From: Candidatus Bathyarchaeum tardum
Lineage (GTDB): Archaea > Thermoproteota > Bathyarchaeia > Bathyarchaeales > Bathyarchaeaceae
Assembly (NCBI GenBank): GCA_024650005.2
Contig: CP122380.1
Coordinates: 1,952,001 to 2,016,000, forward strand
Reading direction: 5' to 3'
Length of the DNA stretch: 64,000 nt
Shown: one piece after another, positions 49,667 through 59,149 of the stretch
How positions within the stretch are numbered: the stretch's first letter is position 1
Layout: every line of letters begins with the position of its first letter
The notes under the pieces: model-generated
The model's database searches: none
Seen by the model: the letters and a program-made list of their open reading frames with translations, nothing else
Told to the model about the DNA's origin: nothing
Program-made: the position numbers and the translations under genes

Positions 49667-50614
49667 GTGATAACTTTAGTCTTAAGCATCGCCGCACTGG
49701 CAGCGAGCCTGATTATACTTTATTGGGGCTCCAAGCGAATAGTCAGAGGTGCTTCAGGACTGTCTTCTTGCTTAAACATCAGTAGAGTAGTTGTTGGAAC
49801 CGTTTTTGTTGCCTTTGTAACCGCCCTGCCCGAACTGCTTAGTTCAGTTTTCGCAGTTGGCTTAGGCTCATCCCACATGGCCTTGGGAAACATAATTGGC
49901 TCAAACATTTACAACATTCCCCTTATCATCGGAATCTGCGGCCTAGTCGGTGGAGGACTTCAAATAAAGAACGCATCCATCAACAAAGAATGCATGTTCA
50001 TGCTCGGTCTTAGCGTTATGCTGGTCACCTTACTAGCAGTAATGCAACAGGTAACATGGTGGATGGGTGCAATTTTTATCACATTTTATCCCATATTCAT
50101 TTACCACTCAATCAAAAACGGAACATGCACTGTTGAAGAAAATTGCTCAGAACACAAGCCCAACAAGAAAAACATAGGCACAGACATACTTCTCGGAGCA
50201 ACGGCTCTGGTAATCAGCACATTCATATTGGTAAACAGCGCCATCACGATATCTACAATCTTTGGATTAGACCAATTCTATGTTGGACTCACAGTACTAG
50301 CCCTTGGATGTGTTGTCCCAGAAGTCGCAGTCTCCGTGGCTGCAGCCCTTGCTGGTGAAGAAGAGATAACAATCGGCAACGTAATCGGTGACAATATGCT
50401 GACTCTCACTCTTGTTTTTGGAACCGTGGGATTAACATCCCAATTTACTGTTTCATTGGCTGAAATTTTGTATACCGCACCTTTTATGATAATTGCAACT
50501 CTTATGCTGTTCACCATGAACAAACTAGGGCACAACGTGAACAAAACGTGGAGTGTTGTAATGCTAGCCACAGCAGGGATAGCTTTTGTTTTCCAAACTT
50601 CAATCCCCATTTAG
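49667..50614 (+). CDS. Na+/Ca2+ antiporter (YrbG/CaCA family)
   Basis: TALPEL...GNIIGSNIYN; CVVPEV...GNVIGDN. Confidence 0.9.
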   Translation: MITLVLSIAALAASLIILYWGSKRIVRGASGLSSCLNISRVVVGTVFVAFVTALPELLSSVFAVGLGSSHMALGNIIGSNIYNIPLIIGICGLVGGGLQIKNASINKECMFMLGLSVMLVTLLAVMQQVTWWMGAIFITFYPIFIYHSIKNGTCTVEENCSEHKPNKKNIGTDILLGATALVISTFILVNSAITISTIFGLDQFYVGLTVLALGCVVPEVAVSVAAALAGEEEITIGNVIGDNMLTLTLVFGTVGLTSQFTVSLAEILYTAPFMIIATLMLFTMNKLGHNVNKTWSVVMLATAGIAFVFQTSIPI

Positions 50615-50707
50615 ACAAATAATCCAAGACTGATTTTTTACGGAAAAAGTTAAAGTGATAGTTTGCAACCTGAAAGATTACATCCGTCATTGTTGGAGAG
50701 AAACTGA

Positions 50708-51295
50708 TTGCTCGAAGCGTGGTTACAACAATTCACACAATTTGGGTATCTGGGCATTTTCATTATAAGCTTCGTTGGCTCGGTTTCGGTTATCTTTCCA
50801 ATACCATACACTCTCGTAATCTTTGGCTTAGGAAGCGTTTTAGACCCAGTCCTTATAGCAATCAGCGGAGGACTAGGAGCAGCTCTTGGAGAATTTTCAG
50901 GATACGCTTTAGGTTACTACGGCACATCTAAAATAAGTGAAGAAAGACGCAAAAAAATGGATTTCATGGTAAAAATCTTTGACAAGTATGGACCAGTTAC
51001 AATATTTTTATTTGCATTAACTCCGTTGCCTGACGATCTGCTGTTTATTCCTCTAGGCGTAATGCGTTACTCATTTTTAAAAGCCTTCATACCAGCTATA
51101 ATTGGAAAAACCTTGATGACATTCATTATCGCATACAGTGGTCAACAGTCTTTGGAATTAATCACAGTAATCTTGGGCGAGTCAGGGTTTCTTGGAACAG
51201 CAATCACCGTTGTACTTCTCGCCATAGTAATTTTTGCCATGATAAAAATTGACTGGGAAAAAGTTTTCAAAAAACACGTTGGCTCAAAAGATTGA
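50708..51295 (+). CDS. DedA/VTT-domain membrane protein
   Basis: GAALGEFSGYALG, FALTPLPDD. Confidence 0.88.
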   Translation: MLEAWLQQFTQFGYLGIFIISFVGSVSVIFPIPYTLVIFGLGSVLDPVLIAISGGLGAALGEFSGYALGYYGTSKISEERRKKMDFMVKIFDKYGPVTIFLFALTPLPDDLLFIPLGVMRYSFLKAFIPAIIGKTLMTFIIAYSGQQSLELITVILGESGFLGTAITVVLLAIVIFAMIKIDWEKVFKKHVGSKD

Positions 51296-51491
51296 AGTAA
51301 CATAAAGGCAATTTTGAACACAGAAGAACCATACAACATTAAATATTGTAATTGAACAAATAAAATTCATTTGTATATGTGAATTAAATAATTTGTTTTA
51401 TGGTAAAAATAGTGTTTAATTAACCCAATAGTAACTAAAAAGCTTAAATATCAGCGCAAGCTCCTTGCATTCTTCTCAGTCGGTACCAAAA

Positions 51492-51680
51492 ATGGTAAAC
51501 AAAGCAAAAGGACGACTCTTCAAGCGAAAAGATGGAAAATATCTAATCTACATCCCTGTAGATTTAGCTGAAGACAGCATGTTCCCATTTCAAACAAATT
51601 CTGCTGTTCCCGTTAAAATCAGCTTCTCCATCGGAGATAACAAACTCATTGTAGAAGATTGGAAGGAAAAAACAGAATGA
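51492..51680 (+). CDS. Small AbrB-like hypothetical protein
   Basis: GRLFKRKDGKYLIYIPVDLAEDSMFPF. Confidence 0.7.
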   Translation: MVNKAKGRLFKRKDGKYLIYIPVDLAEDSMFPFQTNSAVPVKISFSIGDNKLIVEDWKEKTE

Positions 51681-51874
51681 ATCAATCTTTTCAAATAAAC
51701 AGACTTCATCTAGCCGAAAAAATAATGCAATGTTAACCAAAAAGCACCCAACGCGATGATGCCAAAAATTTTACTAGATAAAAAGTCACGATCAATTTAC
51801 ATTTTTATAAATAGAATTATCTTTAGCGCTCACCAAAATAATGGTGGTAAAAGAATTTAAAAGAACAAAAAAAT

Positions 51875-52189
51875 TCAGCCCATTTGGGCAGGCAATTCTA
51901 TCGAGGATACATTTAGTTCATCGAAGACGTGTAGGGCGTTGTTGATTTCTTTGACGTTTCGTAGAGCATTCAAACCTAATTCAGTTATGGCGTAGACTTT
52001 TCGCGATTGGCTTCTTTTGCTTATTGATTGTTCTTTGATTAAATTGCGTTCGATCAAAAAGTCTAGGCATTCTTTTAAGGCGCTGCAGTTTACATTTGCT
52101 TTATAGGTAATGTGAGTTGGCTTTAAACGGCCATGATAGGCCAAAGCCCGAAGAATTGCGATATGAATTTCCAATTTAGAGCGTCTCAT
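51875..52189 (-). CDS. Winged-helix regulator (HTH_45-like)
   Basis: MRRSKLEI, KPTHITYKANVN, YAITELG. Confidence 0.88.
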   Translation of the reverse strand: MRRSKLEIHIAILRALAYHGRLKPTHITYKANVNCSALKECLDFLIERNLIKEQSISKRSQSRKVYAITELGLNALRNVKEINNALHVFDELNVSSIELPAQMG

Positions 52190-52590
52190 TTGCGTTAACC
52201 AAGCTCCAGTATACCAAAAATTGTATATATCCTTTGAGAAGACAAAATAATAATCAAAATAATTCTTTATCAATTAGCATTAAGCGACAATACAAGTCCT
52301 ATTGAGTTGAGATAAGTAGTATTCATATCAATTTATCATTTAATTAACAAATTAAAACAATGAAAAAATAAAAGAAAATAATATTCTTTTTATTAGTAAA
52401 AAGTAACTGTAAAATACAATTACTATTAAGGTTCCAATTCTGAATCGAAAACAAAATTTTAGAGTTAACCCAAACGTTTCATTGTTCACTTAGACTAAAA
52501 ACATTAAAAAACAACAAAGGCAGTTAGAAAACAGCAAACCCCCAGAAAACCTTAATTCAGGGTTAGGCATCAACATAAAAAGAAAACAAC

Positions 52591-52698
52591 GCCGGGGTAG
52601 CCTAGCCTGGCTATGGCGCCAGACTCATGATCTGGAGAGCAATCTCCTAAAAAATAGGTGCCCAGAAGTCGTGGGCTCGAATCCCACCCCCGGCACCA
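52591..52698 (+). tRNA. tRNA-Met(CAT), elongator type, with a 30-nt intron at 45/46 (52638-52667)
   Basis: GCCGGGG/CCCCGGC acceptor, CCAGA-CTCATGA-TCTGG anticodon arm; removing the intron restores the AGGTC variable loop; CCA encoded. Confidence 0.92.
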
Positions 52699-52739
52699 AA
52701 GTGTTTTGTAAAAATGTGTAACTTTAGGCTTTACTTTTT

Positions 52740-52870
52740 GTGCGACTTAGGTTGACCAGCTGCACATTTTGTTTATGGTTTTAGTATTGTAGAATCAAGC
52801 TCTGTTTCTGAGTCTCCAACTCCTTTAGGTTGTTTAGTCCATTTTTTAGTTTAAGCACACACCTACTTTT
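52740..52870 (-). pseudogene. Decayed fragment paralogous to the flavodoxin at 54026-54592
   Basis: KKWTKQPK and SETELD versus KKWTKEPE and IETELE. Confidence 0.45.
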
Positions 52871-52924
52871 GTTAAATTATGATTTTGATTTTAACCCCAA
52901 ACCAAAAAGGAGTTGCATAGTGCC

Positions 52925-53728
52925 TTATTTTTGGTTAATTATATCTGTTGCCAAAACATCAGGGTGATGATATCTTCCTCGATTAACAGTGTTTCTTCCC
53001 ATTATTTGAATTGCGCAATCAGGACAATAGTGTAAGCAGGCTAAACAATAAGTACATTTGACGTTTTCTTGCCAAACAGGCTTCTTATCTACAATTTTTA
53101 TCTTATTGGATAAACAAACTTGTTCACATATTCCACATCCCGAACAGTTGTTATCTACATAAAAAGACCGTTCCATTTTGGGAAAACGTCTCTTTTGAAA
53201 CCAATAAGTGAGTAGGGGATAAACAACATGAGATAAACCAAAATACATTGGATTGTCTTTTGGTCGAAATGTTTCTCTATTGTTTACCACTTGAACAAAT
53301 GAATCCAATTTTTCCAACATTTTAGATTCAGCATTATCAATTTTTTCTTGAGAATAAGTATTAAACATAAGAACATAGTTGGTCGGCATCTCAAATGATA
53401 AGTATGCATCTAGGGACCGATTTTGATTTGCTAACAATTTATCTATCTTTGAAAAAACTGTTGCAAAACATTCCCTTGTTGCAATTGCAAACAGGTAAGA
53501 ATCGGATTCCAGATCAATTTTTTGTAAAAAATCCTTAACAACCCAAGGGAAAGTTAATGCATGAATAGGAAAAACTATTCCCACTTTCTCGGCGTTTACT
53601 TTAATTTTTTCTTTTTTTAAAAGGCTAATAATTGGTAACAAAGAAGATTTTGGAAGTCTATTCTGCAATTCCTTTGAAACATGTAAAGAGTTACCAGTTC
53701 CTGAAAAATAATAAATTTCTGTACTCAT
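52925..53728 (-). CDS. EFR1-family flavodoxin-ferredoxin fusion
   Basis: YFSGTGNS, CSGCGICEQVC, CTYCLACLHYCP, RYHHP. Confidence 0.92.
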   Translation of the reverse strand: MSTEIYYFSGTGNSLHVSKELQNRLPKSSLLPIISLLKKEKIKVNAEKVGIVFPIHALTFPWVVKDFLQKIDLESDSYLFAIATRECFATVFSKIDKLLANQNRSLDAYLSFEMPTNYVLMFNTYSQEKIDNAESKMLEKLDSFVQVVNNRETFRPKDNPMYFGLSHVVYPLLTYWFQKRRFPKMERSFYVDNNCSGCGICEQVCLSNKIKIVDKKPVWQENVKCTYCLACLHYCPDCAIQIMGRNTVNRGRYHHPDVLATDIINQK

Positions 53729-54025
53729 AATAACTAATTAATTGAGATTCTATTAAAAATTTTGCACTGAGAATAAAATTTACCCCAAATCCGTCAACAG
53801 TTAATTACATCACCAGAAACAGACAAGATACAAGTAACCATTTGCCGTTTCACATTTCTGTTACGAACATTAATATAAGCAAAATAAAAGATGTTAACAA
53901 ATAGTTTTTTTCAGAAAAATTTCTGCTTTGTTCGTTTTAAATCAAAAAAATTTGTATAACCTGATTCAAACACTAAAGCGTCAGGCAACACATAGATGTA
54001 AAGGACGTTAGAATTTTTTGTAGAA

Positions 54026-54592
54026 TCAGGAATTTGCTTTTTGTGCGACGTCTTTTGCCCAGTTGCGTATATTGTTGATATCTCTAGTGTCGTATAGTCC
54101 AGGTTCTGTTTGTGGGACTCCGGCTTCTTCTAGTTGGGGTTTAACGCCTGACAAGGTTTTTTTAAAAAACCATCCCATCCTGTTGAAGTTGTAAACTCCA
54201 CCAAATAGTCCCAAAGAGATTGGTTGCAGATTGTATTTGGCAGCTTTTTCTTCCAGATGATGCGTTCGGGCGTACTCTAGTTCTGTTTCTATGTTGGTCT
54301 TTTCGTCCAAAGGGTATTTGGCGCCGCAACAGATGAACAGCGCAGTTTTCTTGTTCGCTAATTCATTTTTAAACGTGTTAAGAAACTTTTCAGGTTCTTT
54401 GGTCCACTTTTTTATTTTAATTCCGCTACCGACTACAACAAGGTCGTAATCGTTTATGTCTTTGACTTTTCCGTTTTTGAGATTAACCACCGTGGTATCT
54501 AATCCTTCTTGACGAAAAACATCCGCAATTTCGTTCGAAGTCATTTCAGTTGCCCCATAACGGGTACCATAAACAATCAAGGCTTTACTCAT
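54026..54592 (-). CDS. Flavodoxin-domain protein (HemG-like)
   Basis: IVYGTRYGAT, YDLVVVGSGI, LFGG, DTRDINNIRNWA. Confidence 0.9.
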   Translation of the reverse strand: MSKALIVYGTRYGATEMTSNEIADVFRQEGLDTTVVNLKNGKVKDINDYDLVVVGSGIKIKKWTKEPEKFLNTFKNELANKKTALFICCGAKYPLDEKTNIETELEYARTHHLEEKAAKYNLQPISLGLFGGVYNFNRMGWFFKKTLSGVKPQLEEAGVPQTEPGLYDTRDINNIRNWAKDVAQKANS

Positions 54593-54832
54593 TTTTGTAC
54601 CTCCCACGTATTGGTTATTCGATTTAATTTGTAAAGTTTTTGTTCACCAATATGTTTCATATCCTCAATTAATTATCAGCTACAGAAAAACGCCAACAAC
54701 TTGCTCGATTCAACAATAAAATGCATGACTAAAGCAGTTTTTATGTAATAAACACAGCTTTCTAAAACAGGTTAAAGACCACGTTAAGCGTCCTTAGAAA
54801 ATGTAAAACACCATAAAAGTTATAATAAAAAT

Positions 54833-55202
54833 TTACGAACCGAGTTTCTCTTCAATTTTCTTAATTACAGTTTCCGGAAGATAACATGCAAGATTAAAAG
54901 CCAAATTGTAAACCAGTTCTTGTTCAATATCTAAAAGTTCAGTGAACATTTTTGTTACCAGCCAGTGTTTTTTGATTGATTTCAACGCAATTCTTGTGCC
55001 GTCATCTGTGAGGGTGACACCAAAAGGGTTGATGATGTACTAAGCCTTTGTTTTTGAGTTTAGATACTGTGTTAGTTACTGTTCCATAAACTACACCAAA
55101 CATTTTTGCAAGGTCACCGGTTCGGGCAAATTCATTCTTTTCTTGGAGAATATATATGCCTTCAAGGTACCGTTCAAAACAAGGAGTAACGTGTTTGGGC
55201 AT
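54833..55202 (-). pseudogene. Frameshifted DtxR/MntR paralogue
   Basis: ERYLEGIY...ARTGDLA...GLVHHQPF, frameshift near 55022, then GVTLTDDGTRIALKSIKKHWL...KKIEEKLGS*. Confidence 0.85.
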
Positions 55203-55242
55203 TAAAATTCACAAGACAGTTCAAAAATAAAAAAGGGGAGAG

Positions 55243-55515
55243 CTATTTTGGCTGCAGGTATGTTTTTCCTTTTTCAGTAATGGTGTATACAGCAGGAACA
55301 TTTGTGTTTGTGTTGCATCCTGTGCAACCTGAACAGCAAAGGCATGCTTTAGAGGTTGCAGCATTGGCGTTGTCAATTTTTTTTAGGTAGCCCTTAGAGG
55401 AAAGAAGAGAAAAAACACTTTCCAGAGTTGCTTGCTGGATTCCTACCCGGTCGGCAATGTCGTTCTTGCTTAGTAGACCGCCATCCCGGACCAAGGTCAG
55501 GATTTCTTTTATCAA
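55243..55515 (-). CDS. feoC: FeoC-like wHTH protein
   Basis: wHTH with a CLCCSGCTGC wing, inside the feo operon. Confidence 0.8.
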   Translation of the reverse strand: MIKEILTLVRDGGLLSKNDIADRVGIQQATLESVFSLLSSKGYLKKIDNANAATSKACLCCSGCTGCNTNTNVPAVYTITEKGKTYLQPK

Positions 55516-55518
55516 GGG

Positions 55519-55992
55519 TTATTCTCTCCATTTCTTTTTTGTGAAAGACAGATACGTTCCGGGCAACGCTAAAAGGAACAGCCATATTCCGGGTCTTAGG
55601 TCGTCCAGCCATATCCATTCTAGCCAATCTTCAAACTGGAATAGGTATCCGACACCGTTAGAGAGCATTATTGCCAAGTATACTCCAAAGAAGACTGTTG
55701 CAAGAAGGCTACCTACAAGAAGGAAAGATAACCCTTCCCGGTTGCCTTTTGCTTGCTGTTTTACTCCTGTGAGGTATACTATAGCGATGATTATCAGCAT
55801 GACTCCGCCAAAGACGTCTGGGGGTACAACTGTTACTCCTGCTAATTCCAGCGACGGAATAAGTGATACACCGGTTCCAGTTAAGTCTCCCCAACCGATT
55901 AGTATCTCTAGGACTCCGAAGACTGCATATAGTATTCCGATTATTACAGAGTATATTGCTAGTTTTGTTCCAATGTTTTTGTTGAATCCCAT
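55519..55992 (-). CDS. Four-TM membrane protein in the feo operon
   Basis: SD GAGGTGA; four hydrophobic segments. Confidence 0.75.
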   Translation of the reverse strand: MGFNKNIGTKLAIYSVIIGILYAVFGVLEILIGWGDLTGTGVSLIPSLELAGVTVVPPDVFGGVMLIIIAIVYLTGVKQQAKGNREGLSFLLVGSLLATVFFGVYLAIMLSNGVGYLFQFEDWLEWIWLDDLRPGIWLFLLALPGTYLSFTKKKWRE

Positions 55993-56006
55993 ATTTTTTC
56001 ACCTCT

Positions 56007-57995
56007 TTATGCAAATCCTAATAGTGCTCCTATTCCTGTGATGACCAAGCCAACAATGTATGCCACGACAAGAGTCAATAACACTTGGAAGATTGTCCAC
56101 TTCCATGAGCCGGACTCTTTTTTCATGGTGCCAATTGTTGCGACACATGGAATATACAGCAACGTGAAAGCCATCAGCGTGAAACCGATAACTGGATTGT
56201 AGTTTGCCACTAAAGCGCCTGCAATCGCTGTTTCACCTTCTACTATGTAGATTATTCCAAGGGCTTCCACTGCGATCTCTTTTGCCAGTAAACCGAAGAC
56301 CAGTGAAGATACGATTCGCCAGTCAAAGCCTAATGGTGCAAACAGTGGCGCAAGTGCTTGACCGATTTGTCCAGTGTAAGACATTTCTACTTCAGCACCC
56401 CACGGGAAGGTTGACAAGAACCATAATATGATAGCTCCCGCCAACAGGTATGTTCCAGCTTTCTTAAGGAATAGAACACCACGTTCCCACATGTGAGTCA
56501 CAATGGCACTAATAGTAGGCGCCTTGTATAGAGGCAATTCCATGATGAAAGGTGCAGGTTCACCTTTCAGCACAGTTTTCCGTAACAGAAGCGCTAAACC
56601 GATTGCTACTACAATGCCAAGGAAATACATGGACCAAACTGCTGCGGTTGCCATTGAACCAAAGAATGCTCCTGCGATTAGGATGTACACTGGAAGTCGT
56701 GCACCGCAAGAAATGAAAGGGTTAACTAGCAGGGTAATCAGTCGATCTTTTTTTCCTTCAATGCTTCGCGCTGCCATCATAGCAGGAATGTTACATCCAA
56801 AGCCGAGTAACATAGGAATAAACGAGCGCCCGTGCAATCCAAGTTTGAACATTATACGGTCCATTATGAATGCTGCTCGGGCAAGGTAGCCACTGTCTTC
56901 TAGAAACGATATTCCAAGGAACAGGAAAAATATCGGCGGTATGAAAGTCAGTATGAAGCCTAGTCCGCCGAAGATTCCGTCACCTACAAAGGACGCGAGA
57001 ATTTCATTGGGAATAACTGCTGATGCTTCGGCAAAGGATCCAAACAGCAAACCAATTATTTCCATAAAAGGAGCAGAAGCATCAAAGGCAAACTTGAACA
57101 TAGCCCAAAACAGGGTTATGAAAACAGGTATGCCCAAGTACTTATGAATGAAAACCTTGTCCAGCATGTCAGTTATGGTCCATTTTTTTGCGCCCTTAAC
57201 CAGACTTAACCCCAATGCTTCGCTGACAAGGTCATATCGTTTATCGGCAAGAACAATCTCAGGATCTTCTCCGATGGTTTTTTGTGCGTGGTTTATAGCA
57301 TCTTGAATTTCGTTTTGGATTTTAATGCCTTTGATTTTGTCAAGGGCATCTTTGTCGTTTTCGAGTAGCTTTATGGCAAGCCAGCGTTGGGGATACTTGT
57401 TTGTTAGCGCTGAATCTTTTGTGACAACCTGTGCAACAGAATTTATCTGGTTTTCAAGTTCTTTTCCATAGTTAATCTTAGGACTAGTTATCCATACCTG
57501 TTTTTTGGCAGCATAAACAATCTCGTCCTTGAGCTTGTCTAAACCTTCTTTAGCTGTGGCTACAGTTGGAACAACGGGCACACCAAGCTGTTTTGAAAGT
57601 TTTTTCACATCAATTGTGTAACCCTTCTCTTTGGCAACATCAAACATGTTCAATGCAACGACTACGTTTGCTTCTAGCTCTAACAGCAAGAACGTGAAAT
57701 ACAAGTTTCGTTCAATGTTTGAAGCGTCAATAATATGAACAACAACATCTGGTTTTTCTTCTACGATATAGTTGCGTGACACTAGCTCGTCTACTGCACG
57801 GGCAGTTAAACTGTATGTTCCAGGCAAGTCAACAATTTTGAGTTCAGTTCCTTTGTGAACACATTTGCCTTCTTTTTTTTCAACAGTTTTTCCAGGCCAG
57901 TTTCCAACATGTTGCCGAGCACCGGGCACAAGGCTGTTAAATATTACTGATTTTCCAACGTTGGGGTTTCCTATCAAAGCAACCGTGTGGGGCAT
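56007..57995 (-). CDS. feoB: Ferrous iron transporter B
   Basis: GNPNVGKS, VGNWPGKTVE, DLPG, NMFD, GFGCNIPA, FIMELP. Confidence 0.98.
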   Translation of the reverse strand: MPHTVALIGNPNVGKSVIFNSLVPGARQHVGNWPGKTVEKKEGKCVHKGTELKIVDLPGTYSLTARAVDELVSRNYIVEEKPDVVVHIIDASNIERNLYFTFLLLELEANVVVALNMFDVAKEKGYTIDVKKLSKQLGVPVVPTVATAKEGLDKLKDEIVYAAKKQVWITSPKINYGKELENQINSVAQVVTKDSALTNKYPQRWLAIKLLENDKDALDKIKGIKIQNEIQDAINHAQKTIGEDPEIVLADKRYDLVSEALGLSLVKGAKKWTITDMLDKVFIHKYLGIPVFITLFWAMFKFAFDASAPFMEIIGLLFGSFAEASAVIPNEILASFVGDGIFGGLGFILTFIPPIFFLFLGISFLEDSGYLARAAFIMDRIMFKLGLHGRSFIPMLLGFGCNIPAMMAARSIEGKKDRLITLLVNPFISCGARLPVYILIAGAFFGSMATAAVWSMYFLGIVVAIGLALLLRKTVLKGEPAPFIMELPLYKAPTISAIVTHMWERGVLFLKKAGTYLLAGAIILWFLSTFPWGAEVEMSYTGQIGQALAPLFAPLGFDWRIVSSLVFGLLAKEIAVEALGIIYIVEGETAIAGALVANYNPVIGFTLMAFTLLYIPCVATIGTMKKESGSWKWTIFQVLLTLVVAYIVGLVITGIGALLGFA

Positions 57996-58249
57996 CAGTT
58001 GTCAACCTCCTGAACCATTATTTTTGTAGCAACGCCCCTGCCAAAAGCTACACGAGAATCTTTTATTTCAACAACTAAAGGTCCACCGCGGTCGGGGTTA
58101 GGACAAGAATGGGAGCATATCACGGTTACTTCAGAGTCACGGGTAAGTCCCATGTCGTTTAATCGCCTAATCAGCTCTTTTCCGCCCCGAATTCGAGTTA
58201 TTTTTCCTTTAGCACCCACAGAAAGTAAAGCAAGAGGAACTTCCATCAT
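57995..58249 (-). CDS. feoA: FeoA family protein
   Basis: RRLNDMGL, GPLVVEIKDSRVAFGRG. Confidence 0.92.
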   Translation of the reverse strand: MMEVPLALLSVGAKGKITRIRGGKELIRRLNDMGLTRDSEVTVICSHSCPNPDRGGPLVVEIKDSRVAFGRGVATKIMVQEVDN

Positions 58250-58485
58250 TGTTTTTCCTCCAACGAGACGTAGATGCATTCTGCTTCTTTTTTGCGCAGG
58301 GTTAAATTATAGTCACGGATTTCGAATTCCACAGGATCACCTAGGGGCGCTCTGCGGATTACTTTGATTTTTGAGCCCCGAACGATACCCATGTCCATGA
58401 TTCGGCGCCTAATGGTGCCGCTTCCTTTGACGGTTACAACAATGGCTTTTTGTCCAGGTTCAAGTTTGTTTAATTGTAATTCCAT
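58246..58485 (-). CDS. feoA: FeoA family protein
   Basis: RRIMDMGI, APLGDP, LRKKEA. Confidence 0.95.
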   Translation of the reverse strand: MELQLNKLEPGQKAIVVTVKGSGTIRRRIMDMGIVRGSKIKVIRRAPLGDPVEFEIRDYNLTLRKKEAECIYVSLEEKQ

Positions 58486-58500
58486 TTAGCACACCTAATT

Positions 58501-58555
58501 TTAGGTCAATCTAATTTTTTGTTTTACTAAACTAAACACAGTTAGGTGAACCTAA
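58501..58555. promoter_or_regulatory. Two DtxR/MntR-type operators upstream of feoA
   Basis: TTAGGTCAATCTAA (58501-58514) and TTAGGTGAACCTAA (58542-58555). Confidence 0.8.
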
Positions 58556-58899
58556 ATCTTGCCCGAACAAAAATAGGAAAAAAACAAAAAAACCGAGAAA
58601 AATTAGGTTTGAATACATTAAACCTAAGAAACAAAAATTACATAAGCATTAAACTCAAATTATTGAAAAAATATTTCTCAAGCAATTTTTTAGCAACAAG
58701 CAATTAAGTTTGAATATGCGTGCATCAATGAGGTTACGGGATTCGTTCCCGTAGCGATACTAAAGGTACTCAAAGGTTTACCCAATAACCCCACCCCTGT
58801 TTCTGCCGCTGATACAATTACTTTAGCATTTCGTTCATGTATAACTTGCCGTAAAAAATTAAGAAACTAAGTCATAAACTAATAAACTATTTTGATTTA

Positions 58900-58985
58900 G
58901 TTGATGCGCAAATTGGGACCATAAGACTTTGGTTAAAGTGGAGGCACGAAAGGTTTTTCTTATGACCCCAATTTTAGGCGCAAAC
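58900..58985 (-). ncRNA. Candidate BHB/BHL-closed hairpin RNA (copy C, unrelated sequence)
   Basis: GUUU-GCGC-CUA-AAAUUGGGGUCAUAAGA...UCUUAUGGUCCCAAUUU-GCGC-AUC-AAC; tandem G-U pairs form only on the minus strand. Confidence 0.55.
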
Positions 58986-59022
58986 AATTATCATTTTAAT
59001 TAATTGGCAATTCGGTTTATGT

Positions 59023-59036
59023 ATAGATTACCCTAA
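59023..59036. promoter_or_regulatory. Degenerate DtxR-type box overlapping a minus-strand TATA-like element
   Basis: TTAGGGTAATCTAT on the minus strand, running into TATACATAAA. Confidence 0.45.
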
Positions 59037-59149
59037 AAAATTTAGAAAAATGAAATACAAACTAACAAACAATCAAAACATAGTCCTTGAAATCACATAA
59101 CAATCCACATAAAAGAGCAAAAACATCGTGCAACAGGTTCAAAATTATG

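Noticed and set aside
52629-52667. Canonical 37/38 intron, or tRNA-Ile2 identity
   Set aside because: The anticodon arm is already complete before the insert, and the GCCGGGG acceptor stem fits elongator Met.
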